A DNA stretch of 64,000 bases, from positions 96,001 through 160,000 of the forward strand of contig CAVWHX010000012.1 in the NCBI GenBank assembly GCA_963754925.1. Reading direction: 5' to 3'. Each line of letters begins with the position of its first letter. The first letter of the stretch is position 1. A program made the position numbers and the translations under genes. This DNA comes from an uncultured delta proteobacterium. GTDB taxonomy: Bacteria > Myxococcota > B64-G9. The notes under the pieces are model-generated. The model saw only the letters and a list, made by a program, of their open reading frames with translations, was not told the origin of the DNA and made no database searches. Below, in pieces: positions 30,224 to 41,428 of the stretch.

Positions 30224-31885
30224 TCCCAGCGCTCCTCGCTAAAGCAGCGATCGTCGATGAAGAATCTTAGATCGTGCAGTTCGTCGTTCCAGAATTCGCC
30301 ATCAAACGGGTAGTAGACTTGGCCACCGGTAAAGGGAATTTTTTCGCGGACCGCCTCGTGTTGGCTTGGCGTGCCCTTGACGCGTTTATAGATCGACAAC
30401 CCAATCTCGTACTCAAGCAAATTCATCTGCTCATCGAATTCGAGCAACGACTCGGCCACCGCCCGGATGGCGCGGTCGAGCCGGTCTTTGAGCCGCCGAT
30501 TGACTTCTTTTATTTTCAACTCGTAAATCTTGGTCAGGTGTGCCGACAGACCGTTTCCTTGCCATTGACTCTCGTAACTTTCCAACAGACCCAACTCGGT
30601 ATCCAGCTGCTTTTGGAAGGCGCTTATCTCGATCAAAGCCGGATCCTGCAACGCGGCGTCAAGCAAAACATCGTTTTTTTCCAACTCCACCCGGTTGTAA
30701 ATGGCGCTCAACGCATCCCCGTAGTATTGACGGAACTCCGCCACCGCGTCCTTTGCCACGTTATAGTGGCAGAGGTTGGTATACATCAGCGCCTTGAGCA
30801 CGTACTTTTCAGGGTTGAAGTAGCGATAGAACGCGGGCGCTTCTAGGGCATAGAGCAGTCCCATGGCTCGCCGGTAGTTTTTAAGGTCAGTATTGGATCC
30901 AGGCTTCCTCTAAAAAGACGGCGGCTTGCTTCTCTATCGGCGAATCGACGGTTTCGTACATGTTATAGGCTTCTTTGTATTTCTTTTGCTCGAACAGGAT
31001 ACGAGCCAAACTCTGGCGCGCGTTGTTGATCACGTCGGATTGTTTGATGTTCGAGTCGAGGATCTCCCCTAACATCTTGATGGCGGTGTCTGGGTCGAAT
31101 TTAACCAACCCATAGATCGCCTTGATGTAGCGCGCTTTGTATTCATAATACGTATCTTTGCGGATATTGGAAAAGTGCTTCTCGCCCCAATCGATAAACC
31201 CGTTCTGATAATCCAGATAACCTTGGTAGTATTCAACAAAATCGCGCAAATCATCCCGCAGGTAGCCGAAAGAGGTATCGTAGATTAGATCTTTCAGGAT
31301 CAACTCTTGATCGAAGGGGCCCTGGCGGGTGATGCGTTCGAGCTCGGTCAACGCATCGGGCAGCAGTTCAGCTTTGGTGCGGTTTTTGGCCACGTTGAAG
31401 AGATATTCGGCCGTGGCATGGGTAAACCCCAGCTCCTTGAGCGACATCGCCAAAAAATACTCGGCGTAGCCATAGTTTTCCGCGCCGGGTTCATTGCTGC
31501 CGAGGTAGTCCCAGAGCCGCTGGCAAGCTTTCGCGTAGCTTTTGTTGTAAAAAAGTCGAACGCCTTCGTCGAATACCTCGGGGCCGGCCTTTTCCAGCGG
31601 GACTTCCGGGCCCTTGACATCCTTCAGGTCGGCTGTACCCGCATTTGTTTTCGTTACGGGCGCTGGAGCCGGCGCCGGCGCTTTTTTAGTGTCCTTGGAT
31701 TCTTGCTCCGACCCGGCAGGGTTTCCTTGGCTCGCTGGCTGCACCCCTCCGGCACCTGTCGCCATCATCAGCAGCAATGCGAGAGATGGTAGCAAGCGAA
31801 GCGTTGAACACAATCTCTTGTCCCCTCGAGCAAAGCGAGAGGGGGCTAGGCTTAGGAACCACCCCGTAAATCGTATAATACGCAT
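30220..31885 (-). CDS. GltC-like TPR protein (paralog 2); frameshift at ~30889
   Basis: AEYFLAMSL..LGF, FLEEAW, then in the shifted frame LKNYRRAMGLLYALEAPAF; terminal YPFDGEFWNDELHDL...DRC. Confidence 0.8.
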
Positions 31886-31906
31886 GGCCTAGCTCCTTTG
31901 TTTCCT

Positions 31907-32680
31907 TTACAAATTAACCGACAGCATCAAACCCACCAGCAGCATTTGTTTCAAAGGGCAGCCCACATCCAGGTCACTACTACCTGCGTTCCTTTGAAAA
32001 CCTAATAAAGAAACCGTGTCCCTGATATCCACCCGAATCGACCAGGTCGGGTCTATCCAAACACGAAAGCCCACCCCTGCATTAAGACCGATCTCGAAGC
32101 GATCAACTTTTTCACCGAACCCTAACGCACCGATATTAAATGGGTTCCTATAAACAAATGCGGCTCCACCGGTAACAAACAACTCAAAATGCACCACTAC
32201 CCGATTGAGGAAAGACTGCTTGCCATACAGCACATTCAATACCAGGTTGGTATTTTCAAAAAAGACCACCGCCGGAAAGTCCTCGGGCTTTGCCACTGGA
32301 CTGGTATTCAACAGTTTACTTTTAAGGCTGGTATCGATATTGTAACTCCACCCGAATCGAAAAAGCTCAAGCGCTACCACCGGGCTAAAATGAATGGTGT
32401 AGCCGACTTGCAAACCATAACCTTTGTAGTACGCATCCAGCGGCAGGTAAGCCCACCCCAACGAAAGCTCGTGCTTCATTTTAAACTTCCGGCTTTGTAT
32501 CGGTCCGTAGGCACTTTGCTCTTGGTAATTCTGTGTCATTTCCTCCGATGGCTGCTGGAGCGCGGGCGAATTCGTATCGCGGTTCGGCGCATCCTGTCCG
32601 GCCGCTACCGTGGCAAGCAGCGCCATGAAAAACCCCACAGCCCAAGCTCCCACTATCCGAAGGGATGCGTCGTTCCTCAT
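31907..32680 (-). CDS. GltA/GltB-like outer-membrane beta-barrel (paralog 2)
   Basis: IQSRKFKMKHEL..YLPLDAYYK; VLYGK; GVGFRVW..RVDIRD. Confidence 0.8.
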   Translation of the reverse strand: MRNDASLRIVGAWAVGFFMALLATVAAGQDAPNRDTNSPALQQPSEEMTQNYQEQSAYGPIQSRKFKMKHELSLGWAYLPLDAYYKGYGLQVGYTIHFSPVVALELFRFGWSYNIDTSLKSKLLNTSPVAKPEDFPAVVFFENTNLVLNVLYGKQSFLNRVVVHFELFVTGGAAFVYRNPFNIGALGFGEKVDRFEIGLNAGVGFRVWIDPTWSIRVDIRDTVSLLGFQRNAGSSDLDVGCPLKQMLLVGLMLSVNL

Positions 32681-33378
32681 GGCGTCACCTCCGCATCCGG
32701 CTCGATTCTTTGAATTTTCACTTCGTCGGCAAAGGCGTTGTAACAGATACCTATCCCAAAGTAGAGCGTGCTGGTGACATTATTGCCATTTCCGATGTCC
32801 AGGTATTCACGTACCTCTAAGCGCACCGAAAATTTATTATTCAAGTAGATGCGCATGCCTACGCCAACATCGATGTCCGGGGACCAACCGATTTGATACT
32901 TCTGGGTGCCAACCCCAACCAAAAAATACCCCTCGCCATACATCACACGCCCATTCAAAAGCGCCAACTTGCCATAAAGCGGTTTGATCATTAAGTTGGT
33001 ATCCAGCATCATATCGAGACGCGGGGTTTGGGTCGGGGTTTCTTCCCATTGTTTAAGGCCACCCTTCAATCCGGTATCAACACTCAGGTATTCGGTGAAG
33101 GTGAAGTGAACGGCTTCCCACGCCCAAATATTATTGAAGTGAAAAACATACTGTCCACTGAGGCCAAAGTATTTATAGAAAGCATCCAGTGGCAAAAACG
33201 CCAACGAAAAAGCAAATTCGTGGTTCATTCTGTAGGTGCGCGTTTGAATAGCGTATACATTCCCGTATTCAAGGTCTTCGTCCGCTTTCGCTTGCGTAAT
33301 AGTGCAAAGAAGTAAGGCGCATCCCAAGAAGACCGTTGCGGCGCAATAATTTTTGAACCTACCACCAGAAGGGTGCAT
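32677..33378 (-). CDS. GltA/GltB-like outer-membrane beta-barrel (paralog 2)
   Basis: AIQTRTYRMNHEF..FLPLDAFYK; KPLYGK; GVGMRIY..RLEVRE. Confidence 0.8.
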   Translation of the reverse strand: MHPSGGRFKNYCAATVFLGCALLLCTITQAKADEDLEYGNVYAIQTRTYRMNHEFAFSLAFLPLDAFYKYFGLSGQYVFHFNNIWAWEAVHFTFTEYLSVDTGLKGGLKQWEETPTQTPRLDMMLDTNLMIKPLYGKLALLNGRVMYGEGYFLVGVGTQKYQIGWSPDIDVGVGMRIYLNNKFSVRLEVREYLDIGNGNNVTSTLYFGIGICYNAFADEVKIQRIEPDAEVTP

Positions 33379-33403
33379 ATGACCCTCCTATTTGTTTCCG
33401 CGG

Positions 33404-35752
33404 TCAGAACCCCACGGAGTTGAAGATGAATGGATATGACACTACAACTATTCCTCCCTTGGGGAGCGGGAACCGCCACTCTTTGATCTTGGCCGAGACA
33501 CACATGGCAACATCTGCTGACTGCAAGGAGTTGAACGCCGTTTTCACTACGCTGACCGAGCCGGCCGTCGTTATGGTCCACTCCATGATCACCTTGCCGG
33601 CAAGACTTGGGTTCAACAACAGGTTCTTTTCGTAACAATATTGGATTTCGCGCAGGTGTTGGTTGACGACCTTGGCGATCTCCTCCCGGTTGAGAAAGCC
33701 TTGCACCTTCATCAAATGGCTCGGCGCTTTGAAAACCACCGCACCGACACCGCGCTTGCCCGTCATCCCGCCGGTCAAGGCTCCCGGTCCGATCGAATCT
33801 TTTCCGCCGCGCAATAAATCAATGTCGGTTTTCACCCCAAGGCCCTGGCCGCGAGAAAGTAAGACGCTGGATGTTGGCAGCTTGGTCACCACCCCGGACA
33901 CCTTGAAGCGCGCTTCACCGCCGGGCACCCGAACCGCATCGAGGTTGGAGACGGCCGCCACAATATTAGTGGCGGTCTTTTTCTGCTGGAGGTTGCCCAA
34001 CGCCGCCAACATACCTGCGCCAGCCGAGGTTTCTTGCTTCACCTGTGGCGCCCCGGCGGTCCGTTCGGGTTTGTTGGTTTTAACCGGTTTGGGAATTTCT
34101 TTCGTCGGCTTTTTCTCTTCGGGTTTAGGTTCAGCCGGCTTGAGTTGATCAAGAGGAATTTCCGGCTCTTCCTTCTTGGGGATTTCGATATCCTTGAGAT
34201 CGATCTTGGCAAAGCGCTCTCGGTTGTCGCTTGATACCGCCTCTCCCCCAACGCCGGCGATGATACCGAGAATCAACGCCACCATGAGGTGCAGTATCGC
34301 TGAAGACCCGAGGCTTCTCATAAAAACCGGGTCTGGCTTGAACGATTTAACCGGCGGCAGTTTGGGCGGATACACAAAGCGCAGAAAAAAACCGCCCTCA
34401 GGAGTATTGATATTTGCATAATCACCCTTACCAAGCTTACAGGCGAAGACCGGCTCGCCGTCGCGGGTATCTATCTGGTAGGTCTGCGTCTTGATATCAT
34501 TGAGCGGCACGGTTCGACCATCGATGATCAATCCCCCGGTAAAGCCATTGGTAAAGCGCAACCTGCCCGAACCCTGCGATTCATGAGTCACCAACACAAA
34601 GCGCTTGGGACTGATTCGATACTTCTTTCTCGGCAGAACCTGATCGTACTGCTCCACACGCTTATCTCGATCATAGCCAATCACCTCGAGAACCAGGGTC
34701 GGTTCGGTCGACATGGCCGGCTTTTCGAAGGTCTCCTTCACCAGATTATTAAGGAGTGAGAACGGCTCAATGAACGCCGCGTCTTCCGCCTCGTCATCGT
34801 CCTCTTCTGCCGTTTTAGTCGCCATGGACTGGGGCGGCGTTTGTACCGCCAAGGTCGGCTCGTTTTCCAACAGCGGCAGCTCCAGATCAATCTTCTTGGG
34901 CCTCAACGGCGCCGCCTCTGGCACGGAGGGGATCGCAGCAGGCTTACGGTCAGGTGGCGGCACGGCCTTCAGGTTCCCGTATGCGCCACGTTTTCGCTCT
35001 AGCTCAAGCTCATTGGCCAGATCGGAGAAGTCCTCGGATTTAACGTGTTGAGCCGGAGAGGCCCGTTCGGGCGCGACGCGCACGGTGAAATCTTCTTCCG
35101 CCAATGACAGATCCGGCGTGACCTCAAGCCGGCTGCTCCCGAGATCAGACCAGTCGTCGTCAGCCCGACTGGAGCGATCGCCAACCCCGAGCACGGGCGC
35201 CATCGATCGCTTGGTCGGCAGCTCATCGGATGGCGGCTGCGCTTCCTGGCTTGGCGGCTGTATTCGCGGTGGCCCCGCTGTGGAGGATTTGGCGGCCATG
35301 CGCGGTGTCGTGTCGATCCGCAAAGGGGATTCCATAAGCTGCTCGGTTTCTTCCTCAAGCGCCAGGTCAGAAGGGTCGTGTCCCGCCCTGCGGTCGTCCG
35401 TGCGAGAGGGTGCTTCGCGCTTGTTCCGCGAGAGCACCTTGAACTTCAACACAAACGAACCTATCGAGACTTCATCGGCGCTCTTAACCAAACAACGCTG
35501 AATCGCCACGCCATTGACATACGTGCCATTAGAGCTATTGAGATCTTCAAGCAACAAGCCTTCTGGCGTGAGCTGAACGCTGGCGTGCGTCCGCGAGATT
35601 TGATCGTCGTCTAACTCAAGATCAACGTCCGGATTGCGGCCCATGACAATCCGCTGCTGGGCAAAGCATTCTGTCCCGAAGAACCGACCTTCCCGAAAAA
35701 TAAATACCTGCAGCACGGTCGGCTCAACGCGGCTTTGAGACTCGCGACTCAT
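33404..35752 (-). CDS. GltG-like FHA / TM / AgmX-PglI C-terminal protein (paralog 2)
   Basis: FHA (MGR..ISRTHA..DLNSSNGTYVNG), long acidic/Pro-rich linker, TM SAILHL, C-terminal EIQYCYEK.L..GKV..EW.I..G...WRFPLPKGGIVVVSYPF. ATG 35752 follows GGAG. Confidence 0.85.
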   Translation of the reverse strand: MSRESQSRVEPTVLQVFIFREGRFFGTECFAQQRIVMGRNPDVDLELDDDQISRTHASVQLTPEGLLLEDLNSSNGTYVNGVAIQRCLVKSADEVSIGSFVLKFKVLSRNKREAPSRTDDRRAGHDPSDLALEEETEQLMESPLRIDTTPRMAAKSSTAGPPRIQPPSQEAQPPSDELPTKRSMAPVLGVGDRSSRADDDWSDLGSSRLEVTPDLSLAEEDFTVRVAPERASPAQHVKSEDFSDLANELELERKRGAYGNLKAVPPPDRKPAAIPSVPEAAPLRPKKIDLELPLLENEPTLAVQTPPQSMATKTAEEDDDEAEDAAFIEPFSLLNNLVKETFEKPAMSTEPTLVLEVIGYDRDKRVEQYDQVLPRKKYRISPKRFVLVTHESQGSGRLRFTNGFTGGLIIDGRTVPLNDIKTQTYQIDTRDGEPVFACKLGKGDYANINTPEGGFFLRFVYPPKLPPVKSFKPDPVFMRSLGSSAILHLMVALILGIIAGVGGEAVSSDNRERFAKIDLKDIEIPKKEEPEIPLDQLKPAEPKPEEKKPTKEIPKPVKTNKPERTAGAPQVKQETSAGAGMLAALGNLQQKKTATNIVAAVSNLDAVRVPGGEARFKVSGVVTKLPTSSVLLSRGQGLGVKTDIDLLRGGKDSIGPGALTGGMTGKRGVGAVVFKAPSHLMKVQGFLNREEIAKVVNQHLREIQYCYEKNLLLNPSLAGKVIMEWTITTAGSVSVVKTAFNSLQSADVAMCVSAKIKEWRFPLPKGGIVVVSYPFIFNSVGF

Positions 35753-35836
35753 CAACACTCCACTCGGCGGCGGATGAACCACCGCCCTCCTTCTCATGTA
35801 TCGTGTAGCTGGGGCTTATCCCCAGCCGCCCTACAC

Positions 35837-36283
35837 CTATTTATCCGGAAATGCCGTCCGGATGATCTCGTCCCTGAAACTCGTCCGACGCTTGACCATG
35901 CTCTTGAGCTCGGTATCCTTGCGTTCGAGCACCTGAACTTCGCCAGCTTTGGTTGTCTGGCCCTTGATCAATTGGGCGTCAAACTCAATTCGGCTGCTGC
36001 CGGACAACCCGGCGCCGGGCGAAGGCGCTGCTTGCGGAAGCGGTTCTCGAACCGGGACCGGTTCAGGAACAGCCGTTGGCTTGTTGGGAGGCTGGGGCGC
36101 CGGTTTCTTCACCGGCGCCGTTTTACGTCGTGCTGGCGGGCGCGCTGCCGCGACCATCGGCTGGTCCGCTGAGTACTGCGCAGCGACCAACGCATCCGAA
36201 CTAAAAACGCCAAACCACAACAACATAAAAAATACGTTGAACGGGTGGCATCGAGCAGGGGGCCCCCCGCCGGCGCGGAACAT
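35837..36283 (-). CDS. GltF-like exported protein (paralog 2; start uncertain)
   Basis: Pro-rich N-terminal part, then RIEFDAQLIKGQ...LKSMVKRRTSFRDEII resembling the GltF core; directly upstream of the gltG-like gene. Confidence 0.65.
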   Translation of the reverse strand: MFRAGGGPPARCHPFNVFFMLLWFGVFSSDALVAAQYSADQPMVAAARPPARRKTAPVKKPAPQPPNKPTAVPEPVPVREPLPQAAPSPGAGLSGSSRIEFDAQLIKGQTTKAGEVQVLERKDTELKSMVKRRTSFRDEIIRTAFPDK

Positions 36284-36379
36284 CGTGAGCACCGCCGGGG
36301 GATGCGAGATGGCAGGCCCCGTTCGAAATTCAATCCGAGGATTATGCTTCAAGCTCAGCATCAGTTCCTCCAACACCGC

Positions 36380-36844
36380 CTACTGTCTGGCAACCGCAAA
36401 ACGGAAATTAGGAATCCCCGCCATGCCGCAGGTTTTCATTACCGTTGCCACGATGTCAGATTTCAAACGTTTATCGGCCGCCAGTAAGATTGCCGATTTG
36501 TCTAATTTCAAGCGGTTGGTCTTTTCCTGTTCCAGGATCTTCATAACCACGTTGTACAGGGGGACGATCTTGCCGTTATCCAAATATTTCTCAGCAATTT
36601 TGCCATCCTGTAAAGCCACCACCTCAAGGTTCTCAACTTTGATGGAGTCGACATTGATGGTCACGGTCATCGTAATTACTAACCCTTTTTCTGATGTTGA
36701 AGCAGGCAGATCCACACCCTCAACGGTATTGGCCTGGGATTTATAGCCAAGCAACAGAAAAAAGAGCAGGCAGGTAAGAATGTCAATCATAGGCGTAAGG
36801 TTTATGAACAGCTCATCTTTTCCAACGCCGCTAGCACCAGCCAT
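36380..36844 (-). CDS. ExbD/TolR-family stator subunit (AglS-like)
   Basis: INLTPMIDILTCLLFFLL with the conserved TM Asp; ADKRL..VMKTC..AG. ATG 36844 follows AAGGAG. Confidence 0.85.
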   Translation of the reverse strand: MAGASGVGKDELFINLTPMIDILTCLLFFLLLGYKSQANTVEGVDLPASTSEKGLVITMTVTINVDSIKVENLEVVALQDGKIAEKYLDNGKIVPLYNVVMKILEQEKTNRLKLDKSAILLAADKRLKSDIVATVMKTCGMAGIPNFRFAVARQ

Positions 36845-36870
36845 TTGTTGCTCCTTTTGCCGCCAGATGT

Positions 36871-37410
36871 TCACTTGACCAACGTAGAAACCACCGCCGC
36901 CGGAAAGAGCGGATGCCGAATGCTCCGTTTTCCCACGATTTCCTCGCGCTCGCGCGATGCGTCTAACGTCTTAATCAGCACTTCGTAAGGAATATCCGGC
37001 TCGGGAACAATCACCACCGAGTCCGATTCTTTGAAGCGCTGTTTGAGATCCGTTAGATGATCGGTAACACCTTTATAGTCATAACCCGTTGCGGTAAGTG
37101 CGAAACTTTTTTGTAGTTTTTTGAGCTCGGTTTCGCTGAGTTTGTCGGAACTGGCCGAAACCACGAACCCTTTTTCAGAAATTGATATCGTAACCGTAAT
37201 TTTAGTGACCTTGTCGGGCTCGGTTTGATCGTTGGCGTCACCCAACGCCGGAACAGTCGCGTTTATCAGTGCGATGATGACCGCCCCGAAACTCAACAAG
37301 AGAAAGAAGAGAAGGCAGGTGAGGATGTCAATCAACGGGGTCACGTTGAGAAAGACCGACCCTTGTTCTTCTACATCGTGTATGAATGAGCCCTGTCGTT
37401 GACTAAACAT
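36871..37410 (-). CDS. ExbD/TolR-family stator subunit (AglQ-like)
   Basis: LNVTPLIDILTCLLFFLL; PEPDIPYEVLIKTLDASR; C-terminal LFP. Confidence 0.85.
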   Translation of the reverse strand: MFSQRQGSFIHDVEEQGSVFLNVTPLIDILTCLLFFLLLSFGAVIIALINATVPALGDANDQTEPDKVTKITVTISISEKGFVVSASSDKLSETELKKLQKSFALTATGYDYKGVTDHLTDLKQRFKESDSVVIVPEPDIPYEVLIKTLDASREREEIVGKRSIRHPLFPAAVVSTLVK

Positions 37411-37497
37411 TAGACCTCATAAAAAATACCACGTTGAGTTGCATTCGCGTCCTGGTCTGCCTTTTCTCCCGCTCGCGGGAAGATTGGGATGAGGGTG

Positions 37498-38633
37498 CTA
37501 CTGCGCAGCCGACCCACCCGCGGCTTCCTCTTGTTCTTTCTCGGCCATTTTCTTTACCCAGAGCTTGGCGAGCTGGCCTCCCTTACTCGGTTGCTTAGCC
37601 TGAACTGTTATAAATCGGTAGAAGGCGGACTGTTGCTCTCCATACAGTCCGCCGACAAGTATATTGGCGACCGGGTCCTCTTCATAGGGATATGCCGCTT
37701 GCAGCGAGGCTTTGAGCATCATCTCGGGCTTTTTGTTTGCGAGGGCAATGACGAGCTCGGCATACACACTCCGCGGTCCTGCCTCGGCAGCGGTATAGCA
37801 ACCTTGGTAGACTTTCAGCGTCGGCGCGAGATCCCGAGAGGACTCCGCGCAATCGCACAGCCCCCCAACCAGACTGCGAAAACTGTCAATGTCGGCGTCG
37901 TACAGCTGCTTCTGGGCGCTTTCTTCAATAGGGAAAGCCTTGGCGAACGGCTCGCAGGGACCGCCGTTTTTCCATATCACATACAAAAGAGCTGCCTTTC
38001 CCCACGGGCTGGTTTCCTTCTCGACAAACTGTTTTGCAATCGCCTTGTCATCAGCATCGAGGAGGCGGATAGCGGCTTTCACCTTCTCCTTGGTATCTGA
38101 TTGCGGATCCTGCATAGCGCTCAATGCAGAGAGCAAGGAGGGCGGATAGGCCGGGACCGTTCCGTTTGGATTGAATTTCTTGTCAAAGTCCCCAAAGGTT
38201 ATATCGACATCATCGAGCTTCCAACCTTCGGCGCTTTGCGCAAAAGGAATCGCCCCTTTGCCCATCGGAATGGTGATGAGCAAGAGACGCAGACGCCCAC
38301 TGGGCGGCGGTTTGGTGGCTCCCCGGATCGTGATCTTGTCCATTTTTCCCGAGGCGGCCTCGGCAATGAACACCGCCGCCTTAGACATAAAGACATCCGG
38401 TTTTACAACACTCAAGGCGGCGGTGGTAAAGTGGTGGAGAAGCTGAAAAGCGTTTTCTGGTTTGGTCTGTTTGGCTTCTTCAACGAACGCCTGGTAGCGG
38501 CCGATAAGCGTCTGCAACTCGGTTTCACTCGCCTTGGGCATCCGCTCGAATTCGTCTCGACAACCGGTCAGGAGCAGAGACCCCGATGCAAACAGCATAA
38601 CGGTGACGAAAGCCCGAGCCTTCTCCTTTCCAT
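37498..38633 (-). CDS. Uncharacterised lipoprotein within the motor operon; probable frameshift at ~38610
   Basis: Lipobox LTGC. The ATG at 38633, preceded by GGAGG, gives MERRRLGLFVTVMLFASGSLLLTGC if one T is added in a TTT run. Confidence 0.65.
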
Positions 38634-38700
38634 ACCCTCCGATCCGCGCTTTTTATTAACCACATCGCTTTCCACCTCACGGAATGTACTTCAAGTCAAC

Positions 38701-39346
38701 TTACTGCTGCGGGCTGACCGGAGGCTTGTTCTTGGCGCACAACAAATCGATCAACACGGTCCCAGCGTATTCAATCTTGGATAAGATCTTGTTTTGCTTT
38801 GAAGATAAGATTAAGTACAAAAGAATCATTACCACCGAGACAGAAAGGGCAAAGAACGTTGCGCGGAAAGCCAACGCGATACCTTTGGAGAGCGCCTCCT
38901 GGCGTTTCACCGCGTCGGCCGACTCCATGCCGCTAAAGGCGATGATCAGGCCGCGGATGGTTCCCAGCAACCCTAACAGAGTGGCCACGTTTGAGAGTTG
39001 CGGCAGCACGCCGAGTCCCCTTTTTAAGTTTAGGTAACTCGTCGGTGACCGCCATCTCCATTGAGCGCCGGATTTCCTTTTCTGACCGGTTGGCGCGCAT
39101 TAATCCGGCCTTGAGAACGGCGGTCAACGGATGGGTCTTTGAATTGCATATCTGCAATGCTCGCGCGTAGTTGTTGGCCTCGACGCTCTTCATCACCATC
39201 TGGGTGATGTCATCTTCCGACATGCGATACTTGAAGAAAAACAAGTACGCTTTACTGATGATCACCCCCAAGGCGAAGATAGATAGTGCTAAGATGGTGT
39301 ACATGAAGGGGCCGCCTTCGTTGAACGTTTCCAGGTAGTCCATCAT
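38701..39346 (-). CDS. MotA/TolQ/ExbB-family proton-channel subunit (AglR-like); frameshift at ~39018
   Basis: EGGPFMY, ELPKLKK, then in the shifted frame LPQLSNVATLLGLLGTIRGLIIAF. An extra G in a GGGG run explains the break. Confidence 0.85.
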
Positions 39347-39640
39347 GGATCGTGTCCTCCTAGGCCATTCTTAACCGCTGGCAGTCACTCAAATTGCTGA
39401 AGGTCATGCTGAAAATACCTTTACATTCAGCTAGTTTTGTACGCTACCGACCGTGCCCCATACGCATTCATTGAATGTCCCCTCAACGTCCTAAGATTAG
39501 ATAATTTGACGAAATTTGGCAAGTTTTCTCCCATGTTTTAAGGCGATTTTTTTCAACAAATTCAACTTTTTTCTTTGAAATAGCAAAAAAAACAATTGAC
39601 AAGGGAAACGTTATTTTATGCCGTTTTTTTTATGCAAAGA

Positions 39641-39675
39641 GGGAACGGACCCCAGAGTTACTGCGGCCCGTTCCC
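39641..39675 (-). terminator. Probable intrinsic terminator after the mtsC-like gene
   Basis: Minus strand GGGAACGGGCCGCAG-TAACT-CTGGGGTCCGTTCCC followed by TCTTT. Confidence 0.55.
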
Positions 39676-39700
39676 ATTGCGCTGGTTACCGATTGTCAGA

Positions 39701-40938
39701 TTACGATCTTCGCAGTTTCAATCCAATCAGGCCGAGGAGCAGTCCAAGCAGCCCAACCATGCTGCCGCTTCCCGCGGCCGTCGAGCAGCCACTGCCGACA
39801 GGGCTCCCCGATGCGGTTAGACTCATTGAGGTGCTGGCTGTCTGGACGTCGGGATACTGAGCGTCGGGGAACACCAACTTGGCGTTCATTTGAATGCCGT
39901 ACGTACCCGGCATATCCGGTGTGAACTCAACTGCACGGCCCGTCTCATAGTGATAGTTGTAGGGAGTTGACAGCGACGACGATCCCACCGGGTTGCTGAT
40001 GGTTGCATTCGAACCCTCCGGGCGAGTCACAACGCTCCAGGAGTATTGAATCGAGGCGTTCTCTCGGTTGGCCCAGAAAGTAAGCGCCAGCTTGTCACCG
40101 GTTTTGGCCGACAGGTCGCCGGTGGCTACGGTGAACGCCAGGGTCGGATCCATGCACGTATCAGAGTTGTCGACTTTGTAGCAGAACCTATTGGAGCAAG
40201 CATCCCCAACCCCATCATGATCCGAATCGGCCTGATCGGGGTTGTAAACCTTTTCGCAATTGTCTCTACTGTTAGCAACTCCATCGCCGTCCATGTCCCA
40301 GTCACAGGCATCGCCGATACCGTTATGGTTGATGTCAGACTGATCGGGATTATAAACTTCCGGACAGTTGTCTAACCAATCCGGAACGCCGTCTTTGTCA
40401 GTGTCTACACTATTATCTTTCGGAAGATTCGGATTACAGGCATCGCCTAAAGGATTACCATAAGCATCCTTAGCATCGGTCGTATAGTTCTGGCTCGGGT
40501 TGTAGACATCAGGGCAGTTGTCTATTTCATTGGGTATACCGTCGCCATCTCTGTCTGGATCGCAGGCGTCGCCGATGCCATTGTTGTTCTCGTCCCTTTG
40601 ATCTTTATTAGGCACCAGCGGGCAGTTGTCGCAGGCATCGCCAATACCATCGTGGTCGGTGTCAGTCTGATCGGGATTAACACAAACGGGCAGTTATCGA
40701 AGTCATCCTCAATCCCATCCCCATCATAGTCGTCGGCATACTGATAGGTAACGCCCAGGTCGGTATTGGCAATCAAGATGCTGCCGCAGCCGCAGCCGCA
40801 ACCGCCGCCCGACTCGTTAGGGGTTCCGCAAAGACCTCCGCTGCACTCTCCCGGCGCCGGCGTGGTCTGCGCAAATGCGTAACCCGCCACCAGGAGCGTC
40901 GCCATCGCTACCAACGCTATCATTACAAATTTCTTCAT
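39701..40938 (-). CDS. mtsC: MtsC-like thrombospondin type-3 repeat surface protein with MYXO-CTERM tail; frameshift at ~40679
   Basis: Signal peptide MKKFVMIAL after AGGAGG; ECSGGLCGTPNESGGGCGCGCG; multiple DxDGDG..DNCP..NPDQ.D TSP3 repeats; C-terminal GSGCSTAAG...LLGLLLGLIGLKLRRS. The symbol is from recalled resemblance. Confidence 0.75.
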
Positions 40939-41020
40939 GTCCTGCCTCCTTTCAATTCCTTGGTATTTCGTAAAGCGGTTCATTGCCTAATTCACTCCTT
41001 ATGCTTCCAAATAACCTTAT

Positions 41021-41037
41021 TGCTATCTCTGTGCCAA
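41021..41037 (-). promoter_or_regulatory. Sigma54 -24/-12 promoter for the mtsC-like gene
   Basis: Minus strand TTGGCAC-AGAGA-TAGCA; AT-rich upstream tract. Confidence 0.65.
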
Positions 41038-41428
41038 AAGTTCATCTTGACCTCAATAAAGAATTACATTCAAATTCAATGTATTATAAATCAGGGTTAT
41101 ATTCGGTAGGACTAAATGTGGGTACTACAGTCTACACATTTAAACAGAATTACCAGTTTTTCAATAGAGTTGAAAAATAATTATCTTTTTTGTAAATATA
41201 AACAAGATATTTAACTTTGTTACCAATAGCCCCCAGCCTTTTAGTACATTATTTACGAGTGTCGACTAAAGTCTACAGGAACACATTGCGGATAAGAATT
41301 AGGTATCCGTCCCCTGAAGCTCACAATTTTCTAAAAAAACAAGAAATATAGGTTGGTTAATTATTGGTAGCTAGTCTAATTCACTAAAATTATCAGTCAG
41401 GTAACTAACTGAAAAAATCACCGATCAA

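Noticed and set aside
30887..30889. TGA inside the gltC-like gene as possible selenocysteine or readthrough
   Set aside because: The downstream half is in a different frame, so this is an indel rather than recoding.
35808..35826. Hairpin GCTGGGG-CTTAT-CCCCAGC between the gltF-like and gltG-like genes as a terminator
   Set aside because: No U-tract and mid-operon position; at most an mRNA stability element.
39443..39460. Sigma54-like GGCAC...TAGC upstream of the aglR-like gene
   Set aside because: GG-to-GC spacing is 11 nt; not accepted.
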